From assembly GCF_004010195.1 (NCBI RefSeq), contig NC_057753.1, forward strand, positions 14,603,236 to 14,647,472: 44,237 nt of DNA, in the 5' to 3' direction. The number at the start of each line of letters is the position of its first letter. The first letter of the stretch is position 1. Position numbers and translations under genes: made by a program. Shown piece by piece: positions 1-11,339 of the stretch. Source of the stretch: Chiloscyllium plagiosum. Its lineage: Eukaryota. The notes beneath the pieces were generated by a model that worked only from the letters and a program-made list of their open reading frames with translations, was not told the origin of the DNA and did no database searches.

Positions 1-381
1 TGAGAGAGTGTGTCTGTGTGAGTGTGTGTATCTGTTTGTGTGTGAGTGTGCGTGCCTGTGTGTGTATATGCGTGAGTGTGAGTGTGTGTGCGTCTGTGTG
101 TATGCATGTATGTGTGTTTGTCTGTGTGAGAGAGTGTTTCTATATGTGTGTGTGAGTGTGTGTATGTGTGCGTGAGTGTGTGTATTTGTCTGTATAGTTG
201 CGAATGTGTGTGTCTGTCTGTGTGAGTGTGAGTGTATGCATGTATATGTGAGTGTGTATGTGTGTGCGTGAGTGAGTGTGCATATGTGTGTGTGTGTGTA
301 TGTCTATGTATAGTTGCGAATGTGAGTGTGAGTGTCAGTGCGTGTATGTGAGAGAGAGAGGGTGTGAGTGCGTGTGTGTGT
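1..381. repeat. Degenerate (TG)n tract
   Basis: Directly visible; similar tracts at ~2110-2630, 3870-4180, 5400-6040, 6960-7340, 9700-10000, 14690-14985, 21640-22260, 36425-36840 and 39440-39810. Confidence 0.95.
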
Positions 382-738
382 CAGTGAGATGACAAATAGA
401 CTCCCCAATTATCAAATACACCAGCTACATAAATCCCAGAGAACAATGCAGAGGGCACTGAGAAACACTTTGAGGGAGGTTGGAGAAACCTTCTGATGGG
501 ATTACTGGAGAAACCGCCACCCTCCAGTTCAAAGCAAAAGTGGCACACGATTTGGGTCAGCAACAGGTCCTAATGAATACCCACGTCTAACAATTCTCAA
601 ATTTATTGGAACCATGTTCCTTAAACACATAGTTTGATAGTTGTCTAGGTCAGTGACAAAAAGTCTACTTGTCAGTCAGGGCAGGGTTGGGAACAGGGGA
701 CCCTGAAGGAGGTTTTTGCAAAAGGACTAAACACTGTG

Positions 739-801
739 TGAATACTGGAGGCAACAACAAGCTTATATTTGGACGAGGGACCAGAGTGACTGTGGAGCCA
801 A
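739..801 (+). CDS. TRAJ: J segment NTGGNNKLIFGRGTRVTVEP
   Basis: GGTTTTTGC 711-719, 12 bp, CACTGTG 732-738; donor GTAGGT. Confidence 0.95.
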
Positions 802-1108
802 GTAGGTATTCATTAATAACCGCAGATATGTCCTTACTTTGCATTCTCCTCTGCGTTTGGGTAGGAATGGGAATAATGAATTTTCTGATCTTGCTACCTC
901 CTTTAAACTCTTCAGGATAAAGTAAGGTTATTCCTGGGTGATGGAGATGGGGTGCCATGTTATTAAGAGTGAGTCATGATAGACACGGCGTCCTTTTCCT
1001 TTCCTATAGAGTTTCAGATTGATGGGATTTGAGGATAGCAGGAAGTTTAGTGTAATTGTCGCTCAGTAACGCGCTGGGGGAGATTATGTTCAGAAACTGA
1101 GTGCTGTG

Positions 1109-1171
1109 GGACCTTTGGTACTTTAAGCAAGCTAACCTTTGGAAAAGGCACACAGTTAACCGTGGAACCAA
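1109..1171 (+). CDS. TRAJ: J segment TFGTLSKLTFGKGTQLTVEP
   Basis: Weak nonamer AGATTATGT 1081-1089, heptamer TGCTGTG 1102-1108; donor GTAGGT. Confidence 0.85.
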
Positions 1172-1698
1172 GTAGGTATTCCTGAATAAATTATGAAATT
1201 TGTACTGTCCATCAGGGAGTCTCTCTTTAATATTCAAGCAGTCCCTCTCTTTGCAACGTTAGCTAATGAAGGTGAATGGAATATCTTGGGGCTTGGATAA
1301 ATGGGTTCTGTGCCATACCCTGAATTATCTGCGTCTAATTGATTAAAAGATCAGTTTGAGCGTCTCTGGGGCCTGTTTTGCCATGCCGACTTTTCAACCC
1401 TCGCTGCTTTTAAGGGTTCACATGAAATGCAGACCTCTCAACATGGACCGGTATTTATTGCCCATCCTTGGTTTTGGAAGTGTAACTCAGTAAGTGCTGT
1501 ACTTGTAAAGATAAATGTCACAAATCTGATGTAGAGACCTGAAAGGATTATCAGGGACAGCACAGCGAATGCAACTGTTGAATTGCTTGCCTATTTCTGA
1601 GTGATGGAGAAGACAGTGAGGATGAAATGATGATGTTAGCGGTGGTGGCCAGGGAGCAAGCACTGGCCTGAGTTCCTGCAAGGGGGGCGCCCACTGTG

Positions 1699-1761
1699 CG
1701 AACTCTCGAGGACATGGGGATGTGGTGCTCGGATGTGGGACCAGGCGAGTTGTTAATCCAG
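1699..1761 (+). CDS. TRAJ: Variant J (LGCG motif) NSRGHGDVVLGCGTRRVVNP; probably non-functional ORF
   Basis: AGTTCCTGC 1671-1679, CACTGTG 1692-1698; donor GTAAGG; paralogue of J at 3336. Confidence 0.8.
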
Positions 1762-1957
1762 GTAAGGAGTCAGTATGTTCCAGTACATGAAGGTGATCGC
1801 CCATAATCATACTGACAGTTGCAATGATATCCCACACCAGCGGGGAACAGGTTAATATGATCGAAATTAAACTGTAATTTCTAGGCACAGAGATACCATT
1901 AATCTGATTATCATGAGGGGTTGTGGGTAGGTTTTTGCTAAAGGGTTAAACACTGTG

Positions 1958-2023
1958 TGAGTTTTGGGGTGAGCAACACCAATCTTCAGTTTGGAAGTGG
2001 GACAAAGCTAACTGTGAAAGCAA
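1958..2023 (+). CDS. TRAJ: J segment SFGVSNTNLQFGSGTKLTVKA
   Basis: GGTTTTTGC 1930-1938, CACTGTG 1951-1957; donor GTAGGT. Confidence 0.93.
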
Positions 2024-2713
2024 GTAGGTATTCCTCAATAAATATTGACTGGGTATTTACGTTTGGGTATGTTGTTGGAGTGAAAACTAACTGATGGAAG
2101 TGCTCAATTAGGTTATGTGTCAGTGCGTGTCCATATGGCTGTGTGTACATGCGTGTGTCTTTGTGGGAGATGTTCTCTTGGTACATCTGTGTGTGCCTGT
2201 ATGCCTATTCGATGTACATACGCCTGTGTGGGGTGTGTCTGTGTGAGATAGAGAGACAGTGTGTGTGCGTATGTGAGTGTGTATGTATTTGTGTGTGTGA
2301 ATGAGTTGTATGAGAGTGTGAGAGTTTGTGTGTATGTGAGTGTGAGTGTATGTGCCTGTGTGTGTGCGTATGTGAGCGTGTGTGTGTATTTGTGTGTGTG
2401 AATGTGGGTGTGTATGAGAATGTGAGAGAGTGTGTGTATGTGAGTGTGAGTGCATGTGGGTATGTGAATGTGTGTGCATATGTGTGTGCGTGTATTTGTG
2501 TGTATGTGTGTGTATGAGAGTGTGTGTGCGTGTATTTTGTGTGTGTCTGTGCGAGTGTTTATTTGTGTTTGTGCATGAATGTGTGTGTGTGTGAATGTGT
2601 GTGTGTGTGTGAACGTTTGTGTGTGTGTACATACACTGCAGTGGCACTGTCTTTATTGGAGACCAGAACAGGACTGAACCCCAAGGGTTTCTGTCAGTCT
2701 GTGTAATATTGAG

Positions 2714-2773
2714 TGAGGGACATGAGGAACAAATCTTATTTTGGAAGAGGTGCAGAGCTAATAGTGGAAGCCA
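2714..2773 (+). pseudogene. TRAJ: Pseudo-J RDMRNKSYFGRGAELIVEA
   Basis: Nonamer GGTTTCTGT 2686-2694; heptamer decayed to TATTGAG; donor mutated to ATAAG. Confidence 0.8.
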
Positions 2774-2823
2774 ATAAGCGTGACACTTTATAAAGATTAA
2801 TGCCACAAATCTGATCAATACAA

Positions 2824-3180
2824 ATTGAATTGAATTTAATTTATTGTCACGTGTTCTGAGGCACAGTGAAAAGCTTTGGCTTGCGAGCAATACAGGCAGA
2901 TCACGTAGTTAAATAGCATAGAGAAGTAAATAATAGGTAAATAGCGGCAAAAGCAAAAACATAGGTACAGGTGAAGGTTAAGAGTTTGTGAGTCCATTCA
3001 GTATTCTAACAACAGTAGGGTAGAAACTGTTACGAAACTGGCTGGTGCGTGTGTTCAGGTTTCTGTGCCTTCTCCCCGAAGGTAGAGGTTTGTAGAAAAG
3101 CATTGCCAGGGTGGGATGGATCTTTGAGAATGCTGGCGGGCCTGGTAGATGGGAGGTTGGCCTTTGTGATTGTCCGGGTC
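2824..3180 (-). mobile_element. Rex1/Babar-like LINE 3' fragment
   Basis: Minus strand reads ASILKDPSHPGNAFLQ, frameshift, PLPSGRRHRNLNTRTSQFRNSFYPTVVRILN; this is the typical Rex1-type ORF end. Short-repeat tail (ATTCA)n near 2824-2835. Confidence 0.75.
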
Positions 3181-3335
3181 TGCACTGGTATCACACAGGA
3201 AAAACAAGCAACATTTTTTTTCCGTTTATTTTCCGAGTGATTGAGAAGCCAGTGAGGGTAAAGGGCTAGGGGTTAGCAGTGGTGCAGGGGCAGTCAGTAC
3301 TGTCGTGAGTTCTTGTAAAGGGTTGACTCACTGTG

Positions 3336-3398
3336 CGAATTCTCAAGGATATGGGAAAGTTGTGTTTGGAGGAGGCACCAGCCTCACTGTCAATCCCG
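3336..3398 (+). CDS. TRAJ: J segment NSQGYGKVVFGGGTSLTVNP
   Basis: AGTTCTTGT 3308-3316, CACTGTG 3329-3335; donor GTAAGA. Confidence 0.93.
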
Positions 3399-4535
3399 GT
3401 AAGAACGCAAGCTGATGGAAAATAAGCTCATCTACTTTAGAGGCGTGGAGGAAATATTTTTCAGTCAAATGATGTGGCGACGGAATGGGCATATTAATAA
3501 TCAGACAACGTGACGTGGCTCCCATTTATTTTAGTCAGAGAGAGTGTAGTCAACATTCACCTCCCTACTGTTATGTTCGATGGTGTATGAAATGGGTTAA
3601 AGGCCAACAATAAAAGATCAACACCAATTGTCATTGCAACATGATCAGCAACGCGTTTTTTGTTTTAACAAAAATCGTCAATGACACCCCGGCCGCGGTC
3701 AGGATCATATCCAACTCACTGGCGTTCATAAGCCCCTCAGACACAATCAGCAGTTAGAGAGATTAATGACAGGAAAGTGAAACGGGCACGCACACAGTTT
3801 GAACAGGAAAGGAATGTGAGGCCTCCTTCAGGAATAGGAACTGTGTGAGGGTCACGATTAGGAGACGAGAGTGTGTGTGTGTGTGAGAGAGTGAGCGTGT
3901 GTGAGAGATAGAGAGTGTGGGTGTATGTGTGCGTATGAGAGAGTGAGTGCGTGTATGTGCGTGAGAGAGCGAGTGCGTGTGCGTGAGAGTGAGTGCGTGT
4001 GTGTGTGTGAGAGAGAGTGAGTNNNNNNNNNNNNNNNNNNNNNNNNNNNNNNNNNNNNNNNNNNNNNNNNNNNNNNNNTGTGTGTGAGAGAGAGAGTGAG
4101 TGTGTGTGAGAGAGAGAGAGAGAGTGTGAGTGCATGTGTGCGTGTGTGAGTGAGTGTGTGTGTGCGTGTGAAAGAGAGTGAGCAGCTGACAGATAGACCC
4201 CCGGACTCTCAAATACACCAGGTACATAAATCCCAGAGAATAATCACGAGGGCACTGAGAAACACTTTGAGGGAGAGTGGAGAAACCTTCTGATGGGATT
4301 ACTGGAGAAACTGTTGTCCTAGAGTTTGAAGGAAAAGTGGCACATGGTTTGGGTCAGCAACAGGTCCTATTGAATACCCACGCTTAACAATTCTCAAGTT
4401 AATTGGAACGAGGTTCCTTAAACAGATAGTTTGATGGTTGTGTAGGTCAGAGACAAAAAGTCTAATTTCCAGTCAGGGCAGGGTTGGGAACAGGGGATCC
4501 TGAAGGAGGTTTTTGCTAAATGACTAAACACTGTG

Positions 4536-4598
4536 TGAATACTGGTAGCAGCTTTGAGCTTATATTTGGAAGAGGGACCAAGCTAACAGTGGAGCCAA
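4536..4598 (+). CDS. TRAJ: J segment [20 protein letters not shown]
   Basis: GGTTTTTGC 4508-4516, CACTGTG 4529-4535; donor GTAGGT; paralogue of 739. Confidence 0.95.
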
Positions 4599-4892
4599 GT
4601 AGGTATTCATTAATAATCGCAGATTTGTGCTTACTTTGCATTCTCCTCTGTGTTTGAGTAGGGCTGGAAGTAATTAAAGTTCTGATATCACTACCTCCTT
4701 TTAACTTTTCAGTTATTCCTGGCCGGTGGGCAGACCCACGCTATTAAAAAAGGAGCTTGATGAATAATTACATCAAGTTTTTCTTTCCGAGAGGATTTCA
4801 GGATGATGGGATTTGGGGATAGCAGGGCGTGTAGTGCAATGGGCGTTCAGAAATGTGCTGCAGGAGTTTATGTTTAGGGACTGAGTGCTGTG

Positions 4893-4954
4893 GGGGTTTT
4901 GGTACTCTGAGCAAGCTTACCTTTGGAAAAGTACACAGTTAACCGTGGAACCAC
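4893..4954 (+). pseudogene. TRAJ: Frameshifted pseudo-J GFGTLSKLTFGKVHS*
   Basis: AGTTTATGT 4865-4873, TGCTGTG 4886-4892; 1-nt deletion after FGK relative to paralogue at 1109. Confidence 0.85.
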
Positions 4955-5253
4955 GTAGGTGTTCCTGAAATGTGTGCTGTCCAGGGAATTTCTCTGTAAT
5001 GTTCATGTAATCCTTCTGTTCGCAACATTAGCTAATGAAGGCGAATGGAGTATCTTAGGGCTTGAGTGAGTGAGTGGGTTCTGTAGCAGTCCCTGAATTG
5101 TCTGCGTTTAATTAACTAAAAGTTAATATCGAGGGTGTACCACTCTCTGGGTCCATTTTCCTCTGACTCCTTTTAGGTAGCATTAATCTGACTCTCAGTC
5201 CAGGTCAATGAGGGTCTGGGCGGGAGGTTTTTGCTAAAGGGTTAAACACTGTG

Positions 5254-5316
5254 TGAATGCTGGGAGCAACACCAAGCTTCTGTTTGGGAGTGGGACAAGG
5301 CTAACTGTGGAGCCAA
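5254..5316 (+). CDS. TRAJ: J segment NAGSNTKLLFGSGTRLTVEP
   Basis: GGTTTTTGC 5226-5234, CACTGTG 5247-5253; donor GTAGGT. Confidence 0.95.
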
Positions 5317-6247
5317 GTAGGTATTCCTCACTGTTGATTGCCTACTTACGGTTGGAAATGTTCTTGCAAGGAGCTCAGTTTTTTTGTGTATTGTTGTATT
5401 TCTGTGTGTCTATATGTCTGTGTGTAGGTGTATCACTGTGTGTGAGACTGATTGTGGCTTTGCCTTCTGTGTGGTGTATGCGTGTTTGTAAACCCCTATA
5501 TGCTTGGAAAGCTATGTCTGTGTTGGAGCATGTGTGTGTGTGTTCATTTGTGTGCGTGTGTGTGTGTGTGTGTTTATCTGTTTGTGAGTGTGTGGTATGT
5601 GTCTATGTCTGTGTATGAGTGTATTTATGAGAGTGTGTGTGCATGTGTGAATGTGTGTCAAAGTACATGCGTGACAGTATGTGTTAGTGTGTCTGTGAAT
5701 GTGTGATTATGTGTGAATATGTATGAGCGTGAATGTGTGTGATTGTGTGCATGAGAGTATGCGTGTATCTGTGTGTATGTGTGTGAGTCTCTATGTGCAT
5801 GTGTGTGTGCGTAAGTGTATGTGTGAGTGTGTGTCTGTGAATGTGTTTGACAGTGAGTGTGCGTGTGAGTGTATGCGTGAGAGTATGTGTGCGTCTGTGA
5901 ATGTGTTTGACAGAGAGTGTGTGTGACCATGTGCGTGAGCGAATGTGTGTGTGTCTGTGAATATGTTTGACAGTGAGTGTGCATGCGTGAGCGTGTGCGT
6001 GTGAGTGTGTGTTTGTGTGTGTGAATGTGTGTGAGTGAGTGCAGAACAAATGTGCCTTTACCACATTCCCGCAGATTGGGAGATAGTTGGTGAGAAGGGA
6101 AGGTACAGGCGATAATGCAAATGCGACGGGGACAGTGTGAGTGACAGACACTGGTTTAGGGGAGTGCGACATGAGGCAGTCACAGAGGAAGACCCCAAGG
6201 ATGGGGCATTGGGGAGACGGGTTTATGTACTGGCCTGGGGCACTGTG

Positions 6248-6304
6248 TGAACACTTTGAACAAACACACCTTTGGAGCTGGGACCAAACTGACAGTGCGA
6301 CCTC
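6248..6304 (+). CDS. TRAJ: J segment NTLNKHTFGAGTKLTVRP
   Basis: GGTTTATGT 6220-6228, CACTGTG 6241-6247; donor GTAAGT. Confidence 0.94.
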
Positions 6305-6831
6305 GTAAGTGAAGGCCAATATTTTGACATAACGTGGGCCATCCAGCTGGGGAGGTGGGGAGTATGGAATGGAGGAGGGTGGGGTGGGAAATGTGTGCTG
6401 GGCTCCCGGAGAAGTCAACCTGGGAGACGGGGTTTAATAACCATCACCCTCTCATTGCTGAAAGCACAGTGGAGGACAGTCAGTGTGAGACAGCCGCTGG
6501 GCACTGCAATGGAGGCAGTAGGCACTGCTTCCTCGTGAAGGCTGGCCAAGTGGACACCATTGAAGGGGATGGTGGATAAACATGACAGGGATGGTGGGAG
6601 AGATGGCTCGCTGTTGGGTTCACTGACCCGAGCTGCCCGTCCCTCCATCTGGTTGAGGTGTTGATCACAGCGTCCGCTCTGAGGCCTGGTTGCAGAGAGG
6701 GGACAACAGTCCATTAGGATAAGTGACTCCAGGCCAGCAAAGCTGATTGTCAGCCCAGATCGATGGGGGACCCAGTGGGCAGGGGGACTCCTTGGGGCAG
6801 TGAGGTTTTTGATAAAGGGCTGAGCACTTTG

Positions 6832-6897
6832 TCAATCTTGGGGCTAGCGCCAGCAAGCTTCTGTTTGGAAGTGGGACAAGGCTAACTGTGGAACCAA
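6832..6897 (+). pseudogene. TRAJ: Pseudo-J NLGASASKLLFGSGTRLTVEP
   Basis: Nonamer 6804-6812; heptamer CACTTTG lacks essential GTG; donor mutated to GGACGT. Confidence 0.87.
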
Positions 6898-7604
6898 GGA
6901 CGTTTACTTCAGTAATTATCGACTGTGTATTTCTTGTCAGATATGCTCTTTGTAGGACGTGGGGTGTGTATGTTTTTTCTGAATATGTGTGTGTCTCTGT
7001 GTCTGTGTGTGTGTATGTGCATGTCCATCTATCAATGCGTGTTTGTCTGTGTAGGTGTTTCTGTGTGTGTGGATGTGTGTGTGTGTTTGTGTGTGTGTGA
7101 GAGTGTGTGTCTGTGTGTGTGTGTATATAGGTCTCTGGGTCTCTCTATGTGTGTGTGTGTGTGTGTGTGTATCTGTTGATGTGTGTGTAGGTGTTTTTGT
7201 GTGTATGGATGTGTGAGTGTGCACACATATGTGCGTATATGTCTCTGCGTCTGTCTATGTGTGTTTGTGTGTGTATTTATGTGCGAGTGTCTGTCTATGT
7301 GTGTACGTTTGTGTGTGCGCACGTGTGTACATGTGTGTGGGTCTATGCTTCTGTGCAAATATGTACATATAAGTACCTCAGTGAGTGTAAAACAACTGAG
7401 CCTGTAGCTTAGTTATACTGATGAAAGAGAAATTAGTTGAGGGAATTAGATTAATGGTGTTAACAGCCAGGTTCATTCAGATATCCATGGAAACCATCGT
7501 CTGAGGTAAAAAGAGTGCCTGTGTCTTTCAATGCCATCGGTAGGACAGGCAACAGAATATGATAGCAACCTGAGAAGGTTATTGTTCGGCAGTATAGCAT
7601 TGGG

Positions 7605-7662
7605 TGAGTTTTGCAAGCAGCAATCAACTTTGGCAGTGGGACCAGACTAATAGTGAAGCCTG
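7605..7662 (+). pseudogene. TRAJ: J with defective heptamer, VLQAAINFGSGTRLIVKP
   Basis: GGTTATTGT 7577-7585, 12 bp, CATTGGG 7598-7604; donor GTAAGT intact. Confidence 0.8.
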
Positions 7663-7780
7663 GTAAGTGTTACCCTTGTCAGAAATCAGATTGTTAGATT
7701 GACATGTCACAGAAACTGACAGACAGACCGATTGGACAGAGGGACTGAGAGATCTAATAGACTGGACCAATAGACTGACA

Positions 7781-7965
7781 CAGGTCAGGCAGCATCCAAA
7801 GAGCAGGAGAATCGACATTTCGGGCATGAGCCCTTCCTGAAGAAGGGCTCATGCCCGAAACGTCGATTCTCCTGCTCCTTGGATGCTGCCTGACCTGCTG
7901 CGCTTTTCTAGCAACACATTTTTTCAGCTCTGTTCTCCAGCATCTGCAGTCCTCACTTATATCTC
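7781..7965 (+). mobile_element. Palindromic Penelope-like terminal-repeat insertion with hammerhead-like core
   Basis: 56-bp inverted arms 7781-7836 and 7842-7897 (2 mismatches); 14-bp direct repeat CCAATAGACTGACA at 7767-7780 and 7966-7979. Confidence 0.8.
7837..7864 (+). ncRNA. Minimal hammerhead-ribozyme-like core
   Basis: CTGAAGA-A-GGGC-TCAT-GCCC-GAAA-CG-TC matches CUGANGA / helix II / GAAA / UH, with palindromic ACGU replacing helix III. The 5' strand of helix I appears missing in this copy. Confidence 0.6.
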
Positions 7966-8354
7966 CCAATAGACTGACAGGTCAGACAAACTGATATGCA
8001 AAATAGACTGGTCAGGCAGACTGACAGGTAAAATGACTGGGTCAGAGAGACTGACAGGTAAAATAGACCGGGTCAGAGAGACTGACAGAGAGTGACAGGC
8101 CGGAGAGACTGACGGGACAGGCAGGCTGACAGATCAACAGACAGTTGACCGGCATTTCAAACTGACATGTCATACTGAATGACAATTCGCCCACCAGGCT
8201 GATGAAGAAGACCAGGATCAAAAAGAACAGACTGACAGGGGAGATTTTGTTTCGCCAGGACAGGCAGACTGGCAGAAGAGATAGACACAGACAACTGTGA
8301 AAACATCAAGTGAGTAACAGGGAGGGCTTTTTTGTCAGGCTGTGTCAGGCTGTG

Positions 8355-8415
8355 GGGAGTGATGGCAACTGGAAGCTCACGTTTGGGAGTGGGACCAGAC
8401 TGACAGTGGAGCCCA
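8355..8415 (+). CDS. TRAJ: J segment GSDGNWKLTFGSGTRLTVEP
   Basis: CTTTTTTGT 8327-8335, GGCTGTG 8348-8354; donor GTGAGT. Confidence 0.9.
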
Positions 8416-8968
8416 GTGAGTATTGTCCTGTCAAATTTCCACGCCAGGGGTCTGACTGAAGGGAACTGCTCACTGTCATCTGGAAAATTTATTATCTGAA
8501 AAACGCATACAGTAGATGTTGCTAGCAACTGGCGGTGAGGGTGAGGCAGTCTAGGTCAGTGACAGGACTTTCGGGATTAGCATAATTCCTGGGAATTGCA
8601 ATGGGACTAGTGGCTGTGTGAGTGTGTGGATGGTTTGATGTCCGGTGCTGTGGAGGGGATTCTGCTGTAGTTCCTCAAAATTAGCAGGAGGTCTCGTTTG
8701 CAAACAGACACTAAATTCCAGACAAATATCGAGCAGCCAGTCCTGGAAGTAAGCTGGGTTTCTGCGCTCTGGAGAGAGGGACAGTCATTAATAGAGGAAA
8801 GATACAGTGAAAATAAATGATTATAAATCAGAGACGGAGGCCTGAGATTGTGAATATACAATTGCCTCAAGTCGATAAGATATAAACATGGCGTTCAATC
8901 AATTTTGTCAGACGATGTACTGTACATCAGCCTGTTAGGGAGTTTCTGCACTGCTCTGTAATACTGTG

Positions 8969-9025
8969 TGAATGATTACAACAAGCTGATATTCGGAACT
9001 GGGACTAGACTAAATGTTCAAGCCA
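8969..9025 (+). CDS. TRAJ: J segment NDYNKLIFGTGTRLNVQA
   Basis: AGTTTCTGC 8941-8949, TACTGTG 8962-8968; donor GTAAGT. Confidence 0.93.
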
Positions 9026-10002
9026 GTAAGTGAAGCTTGACCATGATTTTCACTCCTCCTCCCCAGTTCAAACCGTTTTATTGTCTCTCGAAGGAGGGCG
9101 GCCTTGGGCGAACGATTACAACAAAACGGACCCAATCTTTGCAAAGTGTTGGGGGTTTAGATCAGCGATACAGGGTGGTGGAGGTGACAGAGGGTTTAAA
9201 TTGTGGAGAGAGAAGAGGGAGGAAATGTTATCTCACGCTGAGGTGAGCTATCTGCAAGGGAAGCTGAATAATCTCTAACGTCCAATTCCAACATCCATAC
9301 CAGGGAAGTGTCTTTACCTCCTATTCCCCTCTACATGGATGAGTGAGAACTTTCGCACAAAGGACATTTGCTGCATAAGGCACAGGGACATTTAAGAGGG
9401 GAGAGGGAGGGAAAGGGCATGCAAAGACCGATCTGAAGGAGGGGGTTTGTATCAAATTCAAACACCAGCAGAGGCTAAGGAGTGGGTTTAGGGGGTGGGA
9501 GGGTGACAGAGTGGGGGATTGATCTGGTAATGTTCTACAACATCCGAGTGTTTCTGTATTTGTTGGGGAGGGCCAGGGGGGAGAGAGGGAGAGAGACATT
9601 TCCACCTTATTGTCAATCCTTAGAACTTCACAGTTCGCTCTATGAGCTCAAACAGGTGACAGAAAGTAAGGGAAAGAGGTCAGTTTCACGTGAGGGTGTC
9701 CCGACTCTGTGTGTGTGTGTGTCTGTCTGTCTGTTTCTGTGTGCATGTGTCTGTCTGTCTATATCTGTGTGTGCGTGAGTGTCTGTGTGTGTATGTGTGT
9801 GAGAGTGTGTGAGAGTGTGTATCTGTGTGTGTGCGTGTATCTGTGTGAGAGTGACTGTGTCTGTGTGTGTGTATGTCTGTGTGTGCGTGTGCCTGTGTTT
9901 TTCCGTGTGTATGTGTGTGTGTGTGTGAGAGAGTGCATGTGTGTTTGTATGTGCGTGTGTTTGAAAGAGAGAGAGAGACAGTCAGAGAGAGAGACAGAGA
10001 GA

Positions 10003-10055
10003 CTCTCACCCACAGACAGGCTAAGCTTTGGATCGGGGTGAGATGTCATGTCCCA
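10003..10055 (+). pseudogene. TRAJ: J relic ...[10 protein letters not shown]
   Basis: FGSG followed by a stop, ending CCCA|GTGAGA; RSS position occupied by (GA)n/(TG)n. Confidence 0.6.
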
Positions 10056-10228
10056 GTGAGATATCTGAGGCCATCCTGTCTTACCGGGTGTGACTTAGCC
10101 GAGAGGAGCATGCCAGAAATTGAACTGAAAATGAATCTCATCACCTCGCGAAGACCGTCAGGGTAGAATAGCTATCCTCCCCCAATCCCCTCCCCAGAAA
10201 GGTTATTGTAAGACAGTGAGGCACTGTG

Positions 10229-10288
10229 TGACTTATGGAAATAGCCCCCTTGTGTTTGGAAATGGGACCAGACTCATAGTGGAGCCCA
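10229..10288 (+). CDS. TRAJ: J segment TYGNSPLVFGNGTRLIVEP
   Basis: GGTTATTGT 10201-10209, CACTGTG 10222-10228; donor GTAAGT. Confidence 0.94.
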
Positions 10289-10793
10289 GTAAGTGTTACT
10301 CTTTTAACAAGGGGCTGTTAGAAAAAGCTTTTCCACAAATTCTGTCTTAATTCTACCGAGGATACTGCACAATCTGGAACCTTACATATAGCAGTGAGGT
10401 TGAAGGGTGCTGGGTTAAGGGCACCGATCGATCATGATGAGCGAATTAAGGAGAGTCCAACTCTCACCAGGGTTTAGAATTCACTCAGCAGGGCTCTGGG
10501 GAACTGAAGACACAGCAGAGAGGGAGCCTGCTTTAAGGCAGAGAGCTATTATCTGGCTTTTAGGAATTAGAGTCAGGGTAGGGACAGGGGATCGAGGAGA
10601 AAATGTAGGTCGGGGGACTTGAGGAGGGTCAGATCGGCTGAGGTGTTATTGAAGGGCAACACAGGGGCTGGATGGCCTCATCCTGTCCCTATTCCTGATG
10701 GTCTTATTGGGAGGAACATCAAGATATCTGACAGATATCTGAAGATGTCTATCAGAAAGGCCCTGGGATTTTGCTGAGGGCCTTAGCACTGTG

Positions 10794-10856
10794 GGTATGA
10801 GGGAGCAAGCAGAAAGCTGATCTTCGGACAAGGGACCCAGTTAATGGTGAAACCAA
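10794..10856 (+). CDS. TRAJ: J segment YEGASRKLIFGQGTQLMVKP
   Basis: GGATTTTGC 10766-10774, CACTGTG 10787-10793; donor GTAGGT. Confidence 0.93.
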
Positions 10857-11339
10857 GTAGGTGTCGCTCGATAACCAAGAGATCGGTCTGCTTGTTTCCC
10901 GCGTCACATTGCTGATTTCCTGGCAGTTTGCCCAGGGACCTCTGTCCATTGGCGCCATCTCTGTAACAGTGACCACTTGCTGCCGATTGGTTGCTGCATT
11001 TGTCTCGCCCCGTCCGTGCCGTTATTTTTGAGGGTCGATGTGGTGATATGTTGATTCTGGAAAGGGCGTATTTCCTATGGGAGAAGAATATACCCAAGGA
11101 CAGTCCCACAGAGAGCTGCAACTACTGGATTGGTGCAGCAGCCCGCGCACAACAGAGCAGCACAAACCATTGCACAGGGGCAAAAGTTGGCACTTTAAAG
11201 AAATTCAAGGTGGGAGGCCGAGATACGGGTGGAATACACAGATTCTAAAGGTTTTAAGGACTGGGGAGAGAGAGAGAGCAGGAGAAAGGGCGACATGGAT
11301 AGACTATAGAACAGGTTAGATGGACAGACTGGTTCATAG

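Noticed and set aside
669..920. ORFs that span J exons with hydrophobic tails (also 5253, 23175, 32444)
   Set aside because: Read-through past RSS and splice donors into introns; not independent genes.
2120..2890. Long His/Thr- or Cys/Val-rich ORFs here and at 5.3-7.4, 9.7-10.1, 21.6-22.3, 36.3-36.9 and 39.3-39.9 kb
   Set aside because: Translations of (TG)n/(CA)n microsatellites, some running through N gaps.
3839..3870. AACTGTG-TGAGG resembling a heptamer and J start
   Set aside because: No nonamer at 12 or 23 bp, no FGxG and no donor.
8591..8680. GGCTGTG followed by a weak CGGDSAVVP-like J shape
   Set aside because: Poor nonamer, no FGxG and no donor; too degraded to call.
9102..9165. 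NDYNK-coding echo of J 8969
   Set aside because: Only ~15 nt of similarity, no RSS and no FGxG; may be a relic but is unsupported.
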